From positions 1,024,001-1,088,000 of the forward strand of contig CAVYKI010000009.1 of the NCBI GenBank assembly GCA_963769025.1: a DNA stretch of 64,000 nucleotides, given 5' to 3'. This stretch comes from an uncultured Verrucomicrobiae bacterium. GTDB taxonomy: Bacteria > Verrucomicrobiota > Verrucomicrobiia > Chthoniobacterales > Chthoniobacteraceae. The notes under the pieces are model-generated. The model made no database searches. It saw only the letters and a list, made by a program, of their open reading frames with translations, and had not been told where the DNA came from. The position numbers and the translations under genes were made by a program. Positions 1-12,046 of the stretch are shown here, in pieces; the stretch's first letter is position 1, and each line of letters starts with the position of its first letter.

Positions 1-950
1 ATGGTGATGCCCTTCGCGTCGTGGCGCACGTCGCGCAGCGTCACGCCGGAGGATGCGTAGAAATCCCCCGCCTCCATCGCGGCGATGAGGCTCGCGGCGT
101 CGAGCTTTTCCGAGCGCACCATCACCCAGCCGCGGCCGGTGCGGCTCTGCTTCTCCGGCGCGGGGTTCTCGTGGTAATTGTGCGCGTCGTCCGTCGCCAT
201 TCCGTAGAGCACGCGCTTGCCGGCGGTGGCGCGCATGGTGAGCACGATGTCCCAGATGCGCGCGGTGCTCGCGCGGGTAGCGTCGCCCTCGTTGTGGACG
301 GTCGGGTGGCCATTGTACACCTCGAAAAACTGCTCTTCCTCCACCTCATTCAGTTCCTCCGCGGTGAGCGCCCAGTTGAAGTTCGGGTGGTTGATGTGTG
401 CAAACATCGGCACTCCCGTGCGCGTGCGCTGCTCGAGCACTGCGGCGAGGTTCCGCTGCATCACGTCCACGGGATTCCGCCCGCCCTGCGGCTTGATGAC
501 TTCCTGCACGTTCGTCGCGTTGATGTGGATGGGCGCGCTGAGAAAGCGGTCGCTGATCTCCTCGCTCGGCACCATCAGGAAGCGCGCCGGCTCCTCCAGC
601 TTCGTGCGGAATTCCGAGAGCATCTTCAGCCGCACCTCCTTCCCCGTCTCCGCGGGGCGCGTCTCCACCCACGCCGCGCCGAAGCGCGCGAAGTATTTGT
701 CGAACGCCAATTCCTTGCCCTTGGTCTTCGCAATGTCCACCCAGCGCTCGTGGTCGGCGATGATGTTGTGATCCGACAGCGCGAGAAAATGGTAGCCATG
801 TTCCTTGTACCAAGAGGCGATCATCTCCGGGTAGTCGTCGCCATCGCTCCACAGCGAATGCGTGTGCAGGTTCCCCTTCCACCAGCGCGGCTCGGCGGTG
901 GCTGAAAATTGCAGTGCACAGACGATAAGAAGGCAGGGAATCAGGCGCAT
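1..950 (-). CDS. PHP-domain (histidinol-phosphatase-like) secreted metallohydrolase, 3' end runs off the window
   Basis: Manual translation (not in ORF track): MRLIPCLLIVCALQFSATAEPRWWKGNLHTHSLWSDGD...SDHN...HINHP...ATDDAH; signal peptide plus PHP metal-binding motifs. Confidence 0.8.
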   Translation of the reverse strand, partial: MRLIPCLLIVCALQFSATAEPRWWKGNLHTHSLWSDGDDYPEMIASWYKEHGYHFLALSDHNIIADHERWVDIAKTKGKELAFDKYFARFGAAWVETRPAETGKEVRLKMLSEFRTKLEEPARFLMVPSEEISDRFLSAPIHINATNVQEVIKPQGGRNPVDVMQRNLAAVLEQRTRTGVPMFAHINHPNFNWALTAEELNEVEEEQFFEVYNGHPTVHNEGDATRASTARIWDIVLTMRATAGKRVLYGMATDDAHNYHENPAPEKQSRTGRGWVMVRSEKLDAASLIAAMEAGDFYASSGVTLRDVRHDAKGIT

Positions 951-1065
951 GGATTGGGAGATCGGGACGACGGCTACACGGTGAACCCGCGCGTCCGACG
1001 CACGAAAGGTGTTTTGTGCGCGGGCTCGGGACTGGAATGTGGTGCCGACGATTCGGCGGCGCGCG

Positions 1066-2304
<1,239 letters not shown>

Positions 2305-2345
2305 CTAATGGACGACACGGTCAGCGGGTCTGAAATGTCCGTAAG

Positions 2346-4833
2346 ATGAAATTGCAATCCTGCCTCGCCCTGTCCGCGTTTGCGGCTTCGGCAATTTTAT
2401 GGAGTGGAAGCGCGAATGCCGCGGCAAAGGCGCCAGACGGCGCGAAGATGGTTACGGCCGTTTCTCGATCAGCACTGCACGGGATGCCACGACGCGACGG
2501 AGAAGAAGGGCGGGCTGGATCTGGAGGCGCTGCCGGTGAAGTTCGACACGGCGAAGGAGCGCGCGGAGTGGGTGAAGGTTTTCGACCGCGTGCTTTCGGG
2601 TGAGATGCCTCCGCCGAAGAAAGCGCGCCCGGACGCGAAGGAAAAGCGGGCGGTGCTGGAGACCATCGGCGGTGCGATCGTGAAGGCGGAGACGGCGACG
2701 CAGGCCGCGGATGGGCGCGTGCCATTCCGCCGGCTGAACCGCGTGGAATTTGAGCGCAGCGTGCAGGAGCTGCTGGGCGTGGAGACGGCGATGCGGCACA
2801 TTTTGCCCAACGACACGCCGTCGCATGGCTTCGACACGGTGGCGGAGGGGCTGCGGATTTCGCAATTGCACATCGAGAAATATCTGGAGGCCGTCGATGC
2901 GGCGATTGTCGATGCGCTGGCTTTTCAGCCGCCGCCCGATGCGACGGTGAAGCGCTACCAGTACAAGGACGAGGCGGGCGTGAAGAAGCAGTTCGAGATC
3001 GCGGACGGCACGCCCGACCCGAAGAATCCGAAGAACGTCCGGCGGCAGGTGCTGAAGGAATTGCCGGATGCCGCCGTGTGGTTCAACGCCGGTTACCCGC
3101 ATGCGGAGCTGAAGCAGTTTTCCGTGCGGCAGTCGGGGCGGTACAAGCTGCGATTTTCGGCCTACGGCTATCAGACGGGCGGGCGGAATGTGATGATGCG
3201 CGTGTACACGGACAACTACCGGACGCGGCGCTTCCTCGGCTACTTCGACATCCCGCCGGACAAGCCGCGCGTGGTGGAGCTGAATGTCGCGCTGAACGCC
3301 GGCGAGTTCATCCGCGTCGAGCCGACCGGGACGGGCTACGACGCGGACGGGAAGAACGTGAACAACATCGGCGCGCCGAATTTCAAGGGCTCGGGCCTCG
3401 CGCTCCAGTGGGCGGAGGTCGAAGGTCCGCTCGTGGAAAGCTGGCCGCCGCCGGGGACGAAGCGGCTCTTTGGCGATGTGCCGCTCGTGGAGGTGGCGCA
3501 GAACAAGCAGGTCTGGCGCAAGAACCGCAAGGTGCCCTACGCGCTGAAGCCCGAGCAGCCGAAGGAGGCGGCGCAAAAGATGATCGAACGCTTTGCGCAG
3601 CGCGCATTCCGGCGTCCGCTGGAGAGCGGCGAGGCGGAGCCGTTCGCGAAGCTCGTGACGGACGCGCTGGACGCGGGAAAGTCGTTCGAGGACGCGATCG
3701 AGGTCGGTTTCCGCGCGGTGCTCACGGCGCCGCAATTCCTCCTGCTCGAAGAGCGCCCCGGCCGGCTCGATGACTTCGCGCTCGCGTCGCGGCTTTCATA
3801 TTTCCTCTGGAGCACGATGCCCGACGACGAACTGCTCGGCCTCGCCGCCGCGAAAAAGCTCGGCCAGTCCGCGACGTTGCGCGCTCAGGTGGAGCGGATG
3901 CTCGCGAGCCCGAAGGCGCGGGCATTCACCGAGAATTTCACGGGCCAATGGCTCGACCTGCGGAACATCGAGGCGACCACGCCGGACAAGCGGCTCTACC
4001 CGGAATTCGACGAGGTGCTGCAGGCCTCGATGATCGGCGAGACGGAGTCGTTCTTCACCGAGATGCTGAAGCGCGACGAGAGCACGGTGAATTTCATCCA
4101 CTCCGACTGGCTGATGGTGAACCGCACCATCGCCGAGCACTACGGAATCGAGGGAATCAAGGGCGAGGATTTCCAGCGCGTGAAGCTCCCGGCAAATTTG
4201 CCTCGCGGCGGGCTGCTCACGCAGGCGGGCATCTTGAAAGTGAGCGCAAACGGGACAGTGACATCGCCGGTAATCCGCGGCGCCTGGGTGATGAAGCGCC
4301 TCCTCGGCAAGCCGCCGCTGCCGCCACCACCGGAGACCGGTACCATCGAGCCCGACACGCGAGGCGCGACGACGATCCGCGAGCAGCTCGCGAAACATCG
4401 CAGCGTGGAGTCGTGCGCCTCCTGCCATCGCACGATGGACCCGCCGGGATTTGCGCTGGAGAGTTTCGATGTCATCGGCGGCTGGCGCGATCGCTACCGC
4501 TCGCAGGAAAAGGGCGACAACCCGAACCGGAAAATCCACGGACGAAACGTATGGGAATACAAGCTCGGGCTGCCCGTGGACTCCACGGGCGAACTCCCCG
4601 ACGGGCGGAAATTCCAGGACATCGGCGAATTCAAAAAGCTGCTGCTCGACGAGCGCGACCAGGTGCTGAAGAACGTGACCGAGCAACTGCTCACCTACTC
4701 GACCGGCGCTGGCATCCGCTTCGCCGACCGCACCGAAGTCACGCGCATCACGGCGAGCGTGAAGGCGAAGGGCAGCGGCCTGCGCACGCTCGTGCATGAG
4801 ATTGTCCAAAGCCCGCTCTTTCTGAACAAATAG
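2346..4833 (+). CDS. DUF1592/DUF1588/DUF1595-family (PSD) protein with cytochrome c-type CxxCH motifs; one frameshift near 2450
   Basis: Signal peptide in frame starting 2346 joins frame 2380; HCTGCHD, RRLNRVE, ASRLSYFLWS, FTGQWL, SPVIRGAWV, CASCHR, DPPGFALESFD. Confidence 0.85.
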
Positions 4834-4845
4834 CCAATCCTCGAT

Positions 4846-6126
4846 ATGAATATCGCTCACCAACCCATCTCCCGCCGCGCATTTCTCCGGGGCGCCGGCG
4901 TCGCGCTCGCGCTCCCCTATCTCGATGCGATGTGGCCGCGCGCATTTGCCGCCAGCGCCGCGGCACCGAGGCGGATGGTCGCCATCTGCACCTCGCTCGG
5001 CATCTACACGCCGAGCCTTTTTCCGAAGGAGGCCGGGCGCGACTACACGCTCACGCCGTACCTTGAGCAGCTCAAGGAGCACCGCGGCGACTTCACTGTT
5101 TTCTCCGGCGTCTCGCATCCCGACCAGGCAGGCGCGGACGGGCACACTTCGGAAATGACGTGGCTCACTTCCGCGAAGCATCCGGGGCTCGGCGGCTTCC
5201 GCAACACGATCTCACTCGACCAGGTCGTCGCGGAGAAAATCGGCATCCAGACGCGCTTCCCATCGCTCGTGCTCGGCACGAACAACACCAGCCAGAGCTT
5301 CACGCGGAGCGGCGTGATGCTGCCCGCGGACTCGAAGCCCTCTCAGGTCTTCGCAAAACTCTTCCTCGAAGGCACCAAGGACGCCGTCGCCGCGCAGATG
5401 CAGAAGCTGCGGGAAGGCCGGAGCATCATGGACACCGTGCATGCGCAGGCGAAGCGCTTTGGCTCCCGCGTCGGTTCGGCGGATCGCGAGAAGCTCGACG
5501 AATACTTCACGTCGATCCGCGAGATGGAACAGCGGCTCGTCCTTTCGGAGGAATGGGCGCGAAAGCCGAAGCCAAAGGTGGACGCACAGCCGCCGACGGA
5601 CATCACCGAGGAGAAGGATCTCATCGGACGGATGCGGCTGCTTTTCGAACTCATCCCGCTGGCGCTACAGACGGATTCCACGCGCGCCATCACGGTCCTC
5701 GTGCAGGGCCGCGGCGACGTGCCGGTCGTGGACGGCGTGAGCATCGCGCACCACGAACTTTCGCACCACGGGCAGGACCCGGAGAAGCTCAAGCAGCTCG
5801 CGCTCATCGAGACCGCGGAAGTGCGCGCGCTCGGCGAACTGTTCACCGCGCTGAAGGCGAAGAAGGAAGGCAACGGCTCGCTGCTCGACAACACGATGGT
5901 GCTCTTCGGCAGCAACCTTGGGAACGCGAATTCGCACGACACGAAAAACCTCCCGCTGCTGCTCGCCGGCGGAGGTTTCCGGCACGGCCAGCACCTCGCG
6001 CTCGACACGAAGAACAACACGCCGCTGTGCAATCTCTTCGTCCAGATGCTCCAGCGGATGAACGTCGAGACCGACTCGTTCGGCTCGAGCACGAAGGCAA
6101 GCCTGCCGGGACTCGAAGCGGCCTGA
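4846..6126 (+). CDS. DUF1552 domain protein with Tat signal
   Basis: SRRAFLRGAGVALALPYLDAM, ALQTDSTR, HHELSHH, LLDNTMVLFGS; typical partner of DUF1592. Confidence 0.9.
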   Translation: MNIAHQPISRRAFLRGAGVALALPYLDAMWPRAFAASAAAPRRMVAICTSLGIYTPSLFPKEAGRDYTLTPYLEQLKEHRGDFTVFSGVSHPDQAGADGHTSEMTWLTSAKHPGLGGFRNTISLDQVVAEKIGIQTRFPSLVLGTNNTSQSFTRSGVMLPADSKPSQVFAKLFLEGTKDAVAAQMQKLREGRSIMDTVHAQAKRFGSRVGSADREKLDEYFTSIREMEQRLVLSEEWARKPKPKVDAQPPTDITEEKDLIGRMRLLFELIPLALQTDSTRAITVLVQGRGDVPVVDGVSIAHHELSHHGQDPEKLKQLALIETAEVRALGELFTALKAKKEGNGSLLDNTMVLFGSNLGNANSHDTKNLPLLLAGGGFRHGQHLALDTKNNTPLCNLFVQMLQRMNVETDSFGSSTKASLPGLEAA

Positions 6127-6140
6127 CGCGGGAAAAGCCG

Positions 6141-7400
6141 CTACGGCTTTGCGAACTGAACGTCGGTCGTGACCATCGCGTCGCGGTCGTCGGTCACCGA
6201 AATGAACCACGTGTTCGCATCGGCAGGCGGGCGCGGTGCGGTGATCGTCCCATTCGCGATGGTCGCGGGCGTGCTCTTCCACGTGCGCTTTGAGCGGAGG
6301 CCCTCGTCGGTCGTATAGTGGAGCGCCGCGGACTTCAGCGTGTCGCCGCCGGTGCAGGTGACGCGGACATTTTCGCCCTCGACGACCGGCTTGCCGGGAA
6401 TCGGCAGCGGGCGGCTACCGTTGCAGTATGAATCGATGAACATCCCGATTTCCTTCGGCTCCCATCCGGCGGGATGGCTGTGGCGCATGTTCACCTCGAT
6501 GCGCATCTGCTTCACGCCCGGCACGCGTTCGAAGGACTTCTGGTAGCTGTCGAGCACGTAGTGGACGTCGTTGGTGCCATTCACAAAAAGGATCGGCACG
6601 CGGCAGCGCGGCAGCAGGCTCGACGGGTCATACTTTTCCACCCAGCGCTGGCGGAGGTCGCCCAGCTTGTCGATGGATGGCTTTTGCACGGACTCGCCTT
6701 CGTGGAGAAAGCCGCAGCCATAGACGGGGACCGCGGCCTTGAAGCGATCGTCGAGCGACGCGACGAGGCACGTCGTGTAGCCGCCCCAACTGATGCCCGT
6801 GACCGCCGTGCGCTCCGCATCCACCTCGGGAAAACTGCGGAGCAGCGAGTGCGCGCGGATGACTGCGGCAGCGGCGTGGAAGGGCCACTGCTCGCTCGTC
6901 TCGCCGCCGATGCTGTCGAATTTTTCCGGGATGCCCCTGATCCGGTCCGCCGTTCGCGAGCCTCGTCCGCGTTTCCTTTTTCGCGGTCTGATTCAGCACG
7001 GGGATGCCCGTCTTCGGGTCATAGACAGGCGCGATCGGCTGCGCGCCGCCGAGGTCCATCGCGATCGCCGCGTAGCCGCGCTGCGCCCACAGCCACGCCC
7101 ACTCGGCGAACGCCGTGCCGCCGCCCCCGTGGATGAGCACGACACCGGGGAACTTCTTCCCGGCATCCGCCTTCCCGAGCGTCGCGGGCGAGGCGTAGAA
7201 CGCGAAGACCTCCGTCGGGTGGCCCTTGTAGTTTTCGCCGGTGTAGAAAAGGGAATGCACCGGGCCGGATTGATTCACCCAGCGCATCGCCGGGGCTTTC
7301 TTCAACTCGGCGAGATTCCACGGGCCGACCTGCGCATCGGCGGCGAAGGCCGTGAGTGAAACGGTGAACCACAAAAGCAAAGCGGCGGGAGGTTTTTCAT
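6141..7400 (-). CDS. Alpha/beta hydrolase (acetylxylan esterase/PhoPQ-activated-like), frameshifted
   Basis: VLIHGGGG in N-terminal ORF (6628-7380), GISWGG nucleophile elbow and NGTND in C-terminal ORF (6141-6824); ATG at 7400 needs one more indel. Confidence 0.8.
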
Positions 7401-7696
7401 GCGTGTGTGCTTTGAGGGTGAAATTTCGCGCCGTTGCAAGTCGGTGTTTTCAAGGTCTCTGGACGCGACAGCGGGGCAGCGGCGAGCGAATGAAGGACAC
7501 GCATCCTCCCTGTCCGCCTCATGGGTGAACTCCGAGCGGCGCACAAATGCTGAATCAGCCACGGCAGACACCCTCTGCGATTCCGCGCTCCGCCGCAGGC
7601 CGGCCAATCCCCGCGATTGCATCGCGCCGCACAGCCTGCAACACGACAGCGCGTGCATCCCAAGTCCAGCACTTCCAACTCCGTGTTCGCCTCGCG

Positions 7697-8400
7697 ATGA
7701 TTGATCTCCCGGTTGCCATCCTTGCCGGCGGGCTCGCGACGCGACTGCGTCCGATCACCGAGAAAATCCCGAAGTCACTGGTGGACGTCGCGGGCGAGCC
7801 TTTCCTATCGCACCAGCTCCGGCTTTTGCGCTCGCATGGAATCCGCAAGGCGGTGCTCTGCGTCGGCCATCTTGGCGAGATGATCGAGAGGGACTTCGGC
7901 GATGGCACGCGATTTGGAATCGAGCTTCGCTATTCATTCGACGGCCCGGTGCTGCTCGGAACGGGCGGCGCGCTTCAGCAGGCGCTGCCGCTGCTCGGCG
8001 AATCCTTCTTTGTCCTCTACGGGGACTCGTATCTGCCGGTGGACTACGCCGCGGCGGAAGCGGCCTGGCGCGCGAGCGGGAAGGACGCGCTCATGACCGT
8101 CTTCCGCAATGAAGGCGCGTGGGACACGAGCAACGTGGAGTTTTCCGACGGCAAACTCCTGCGCTACGACAAGCGCGACCGCACACCCGCGATGCTGCAC
8201 ATCGACTACGGCCTCTCGATTTTCACTGCAAAGGTCTTCGCGCATCGCGCCGCTGGCGAGCGATTCGACCTCTCGGACGTCCAGAGGGATTTGGTCGCGC
8301 AGGGCCGCATGGCCGGATACGAAGTGCGCGAACGCTTCTACGAAGTCGGCTCGCATGCCGGGCTCGAGGAACTCAACCAACTTCTGGCAAAAAATCATGA
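7697..8400 (+). CDS. Sugar-phosphate nucleotidyltransferase (HddC-like)
   Basis: MIDLPVAILAGGLATRLRP, PKSL, LGTGGAL, LYGDSY; as read it runs to 8500, but a slip in the A-run near 8390 would give a stop at 8400 overlapping the gmhA ATG. Confidence 0.85.
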
Positions 8401-8993
8401 GCTACTCCAAACAACACATCGGCGAGGCCATCAGCATCCTCGGACAACTGAATCTGGAGACCCTCGAAAAGATGGTCGCGCTCCTCGCTGCGACCCGTGA
8501 GCGCGGCGGGCGGCTGTTCATCCTCGGCGTCGGCGGCAGCGCGGGGAATGCGTCGCATGCGGTGAATGATTTTCGGAAAATCTGCGGCTTCGAGGCCTAC
8601 GCGCCGACGGACAATGTCTCCGAACTCACCGCGCGCACGAACGACGAGGGCTGGAGCACCGTCTTTGCCGAATGGCTGCGCGGAAGCCGCCTGCGGAAAG
8701 AGGACGCGCTGCTCGTGCTAAGCGTCGGCGGCGGCAACCTCGAGAAAAACGTGAGCCCGAATCTCGTCGAGGCTGTGAAGCTCGCGAAGGAACGCGGCGC
8801 GACCGTGCTCGGCATTGTCGGCAAAGACGGCGGCTACACCGCGCAGGTCGCGGATGCGTGCTGCATCGTGCCAACCGTAAATCCCGCGACCATCACCCCG
8901 CACTCCGAGGCCTTTCAGGCGGTGGTGTGGCATCTGTTCGTCTCGCACCCGGCGCTGAAAATGAAGGAGACGAAATGGGAGAGCACGAAGTGA
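8397..8993 (+). CDS. gmhA: Phosphoheptose isomerase (SIS domain)
   Basis: GVGGSAGNASHAVNDF, LTARTND, SPNLVEA, GKDGG, E..Q..VWH. Confidence 0.8.
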   Translation: MSYSKQHIGEAISILGQLNLETLEKMVALLAATRERGGRLFILGVGGSAGNASHAVNDFRKICGFEAYAPTDNVSELTARTNDEGWSTVFAEWLRGSRLRKEDALLVLSVGGGNLEKNVSPNLVEAVKLAKERGATVLGIVGKDGGYTAQVADACCIVPTVNPATITPHSEAFQAVVWHLFVSHPALKMKETKWESTK

Positions 8994-9072
8994 ATGCAGG
9001 ATTTCAGATTTCCCCCTCCGCAGCCCGCGGCTGTCCCGCTACGCCCGGCTCAGACTTGACCTTTGCACGGCG

Positions 9073-9607
9073 ATGAAACGCGCGGTGTTCCTAGACCGCG
9101 ATGGCGTGATCAACCGCCCCGTCGTCCGCGACGGCAAACCGTATCCACCAGTACGCGTGGAGGAATTTGAACTGCTGCCGGGCGTCGCCGATGCCTGCGT
9201 AAGGCTGAAAACTGCGGGCTTTCTCCTCGTCGTCGCGACGAACCAGCCGGACGTCGGACGCGGCACGCTCGCGCGCGAAGACGGTCGAGGCCATCCACGC
9301 GAAGATGTGCGCAGCGCTGCCGTTGGATCGCGTTGAAGTCTGCTACGATCCCGGCCATGGCGTGCCGAGCGAGTTCCGCAAACCAGCCCCGGGCATGCTG
9401 CTGAGCGCCGCACGCGAACTCGGCATCGACCTGCGCCAGAGCTGGATGGTCGGCGACCGCTGGCGGGACATTGATTGCGGCGCCGCGGCCGGATGCCGGG
9501 CCATCTTCGTGGACCACGGCTACGACGAAAAGCTGAAGGCTCGTCCGGATTTCACCGTCCGGAGTCTCTCCGAGGCCGCGGAGGTAATCCTCGCGCAAGC
9601 GTCATGA
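9073..9607 (+). CDS. gmhB: D-glycero-manno-heptose bisphosphate phosphatase (HAD-IIIA), frameshift near 9275
   Basis: AVFLDRDGVIN, ATNQPD, RKPAPGML, MVGDRWRDI in two consecutive frames. Confidence 0.85.
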
Positions 9608-9896
9608 GCGCCTGAATACTGCCTGGGGCTGTTCCCATCCCGCCCTTCCGCTGATGAATGCGGGATCAAACTGGCCGTGTAGCACAACCCGCTCACTTCC
9701 TGCGCAGATTTCCACCTTATTGCCTTGGCAATATCTGAGGCCGCTTGGCAATGTGCTGGGACTTGAGGGAAACACTTGGCCTCTCGGCATTGCGCGCACC
9801 CCTCCATTCACCGCAAGCGCCGGGTGACGCAGGACCTTCGATTGGCGCAAAACTAATGCCCATATCGCCATGGGCTCAGTAACAGACCTAACACCT

Positions 9897-10421
9897 ATGA
9901 AAATCCACACCTCGTTCAAAGCAACCATCCAAGCCGCATTCCTTCTCGCCGCCTGCCTGTTTTACTCCGTCCCGGCTTTTGCCAAGGAAATCAAGCTGCC
10001 GAACGACGAGTTTGCCATCGCCTCCATCACCATCCCAGGGAGTTGGAAGCCGGAAGCCGTCGAGCATGGCGTCGAGGCAGAGAGCGCCGACGGCGCGATC
10101 TACATGTCAGTCGTCGCAGCCGGCAGCGAAAAGGGACTCAAGGCAGACATCGACACCACTTTCGAGATGCTCGCCGAACACAAGGTGAAAATCGATGAGT
10201 CGTCCAAGAAGGAAGGCAAAGGCAAAATCAATGAGTTCGAAACCAGCAGTCTGACGTTCAAAGGCACTGACGAAGACGGCGCCTGCACCGTCGCCATCAT
10301 TTTCGTCCCGATTAAGAAAAAGGTACTCATCATGACATTCTGGTTCTCAGACGAAGGAGCGGACAAGCATTCCAAGGAAATGGACAAGATCCTCGCCAGC
10401 TTGAAGGCCGTCTCCGAGTAG
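9897..10421 (+). CDS. Secreted hypothetical protein (possible PsbP/DcrB-like fold)
   Basis: Signal peptide ending VPAFA; ITIPGSWK and C-terminal 'DKILASLK' pattern; coding-like codon usage. Confidence 0.6.
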   Translation: MKIHTSFKATIQAAFLLAACLFYSVPAFAKEIKLPNDEFAIASITIPGSWKPEAVEHGVEAESADGAIYMSVVAAGSEKGLKADIDTTFEMLAEHKVKIDESSKKEGKGKINEFETSSLTFKGTDEDGACTVAIIFVPIKKKVLIMTFWFSDEGADKHSKEMDKILASLKAVSE

Positions 10422-11045
10422 GCCTGTCTCCCGACAGCGGGCAGACTTCGGGCCAACATCACGCATTGGAGTACACCAAGCCTCATGGAGTTGGGTTGAA
10501 AGAAGGACCTGTGCTTGGTAAGTACATCCCGACATTAGGCTCTGCACGGCCCACAAATCTGACCAAAAGAATGCACATCCCAGCTACCTCACCAACGAGA
10601 AGCGGGCGTCCTGCGTACGCCATTATCGATTAGCGGATGCGGCTCGTACCGATCGCCCTCCGGCACTTCGGGAAAAGCGCGACTCCCAAGGCGAAGGAGC
10701 ACGGCAGCTTTCTGCAGTGATCACGATTCAATGCCGAAAGTCCGATCAGCATTCGCGTGGCTGGAATTCATGCGCGGCACTTTGTCGGCGGGGTGGGAAA
10801 AATTGTCATTCAGGATATCTTCCACCACAGGGTCTGCCGCGGACGGCTGTAGCCTCGAACTTGGTCGAACTTGATCGAGTTCAGCAGCTGCGCCTGGTGG
10901 GTGATCCCTTGGTCAGTTGGCTTCAGGGCATTGCTTTTTGATTGGCTTTGTATTGGGGAGAGTCACCAAGAGGCGCAATCGTGATTTGCAGCTTCTTCAA
11001 CCCGGGATACCGCGCGTCCTGGACCTAGATGTGGAGGCTCTACAG

Positions 11046-11966
11046 CTAGGCCTTCGCCTTCACCGCGAGGGTGACCTGCTCGCCTTCGCGTGCAGATTCG
11101 ACGCGCATCCCGCTCCCCATTGCGATCCGTTTCGCCTTTTGCAGCATCCGATCGAGGAATTCATCGTCGTGCGAAGGATCGTGGTGAAACAGGTGGAGCC
11201 GCTTTACCCGCGCATCCCGTGCGAGCCGGACGGAGTCCTCCATGCAGCTGTGCCCCCACCCTTCGCGGCCGCGGTATTCCTCCGTGGTGTACTGCGAATC
11301 GAGGATCACGAGATCCGCCTCGTGGATCAACTGCGCAACCGCCACCGCTTCCGGTCCGGCGTTCGCGCCGTCCACCTCGTGATCAGGGATGAAGCAGATG
11401 CTGCCCGCGCTCGTGTCCAAACGGTAGCCATGGCAAATCCCAGGGTGCTTGGTCCGGCACGCGCTCACCCGGACATTTCCGATCTGAAGCCCCTCCAGAC
11501 CCAACTCCTCAAACACGACACCAACCGGCATCTGGGCGAGGGCGACGGGGAAATACGGAGCCTCCATCTGGCCGGCGAAGATCTCTTGGAGTCCGCGCCG
11601 GACATCCGAAAAGCCGCGGACATGAATCCGGTTCCATTCCTCGTACGCGGGTGCAAAAAACGGGAACCCTTGGATGTGATCCCAGTGCGTATGGGTGATG
11701 AGGATCGTCAAATCGAGCGGCAGGCCGCGAAATTCCGCGGCAAGCGAAATGCCAAGCGGGCGCAGGCCACTCCCCGCGTCGAAGATGATGATCTGCCCGT
11801 CAGCGCGCACCTCCACGCACGAAGTGTTGCCGCCGTACCGCACCGTCTGCGGTCCCGGCACCGGGATGCTGCCGCGCACACCCCAAAACCGGACCTTCGC
11901 CGGTTCATGATTGGCGGCACGCTTCATCGGGGTCTTTGGGCTGTGCGACATGTGGGTCGGAGGCAT
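11046..11966 (-). CDS. MBL-fold metallo-hydrolase (RNase Z/phosphodiesterase-like)
   Basis: VRFWGVRGSIP, GGNTSC, DAGSG, THTHWDHIQG, GWGHS, FHHDP; start uncertain. Confidence 0.85.
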   Translation of the reverse strand: MPPTHMSHSPKTPMKRAANHEPAKVRFWGVRGSIPVPGPQTVRYGGNTSCVEVRADGQIIIFDAGSGLRPLGISLAAEFRGLPLDLTILITHTHWDHIQGFPFFAPAYEEWNRIHVRGFSDVRRGLQEIFAGQMEAPYFPVALAQMPVGVVFEELGLEGLQIGNVRVSACRTKHPGICHGYRLDTSAGSICFIPDHEVDGANAGPEAVAVAQLIHEADLVILDSQYTTEEYRGREGWGHSCMEDSVRLARDARVKRLHLFHHDPSHDDEFLDRMLQKAKRIAMGSGMRVESAREGEQVTLAVKAKA

Positions 11967-12011
11967 CCTCTTCGCTCATCCCGGGGATCGCAAGCCAGCC
12001 AAGCGGCAAGC

Positions 12012-12039
12012 TTGCCCGGTCGCGCCCGGACGCCATACT
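12012..12039 (+). promoter_or_regulatory. Putative leaderless promoter (TTGCCC-N16-CATACT, 7 nt before ATG 12047)
   Basis: Read directly; no Shine-Dalgarno between -10 and ATG. Confidence 0.45.
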
Positions 12040-12046
12040 CGCGCGC

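Noticed and set aside
21..905. 294-aa plus-strand ORF
   Set aside because: Antisense shadow of the minus-strand PHP gene, which the ORF track missed because it runs off the window
10466..10633. Short TTG-started ORF (LEYTKPHGVGLKEG...) in the AT-richer patch
   Set aside because: Atypical codon usage, no motif, no start signal
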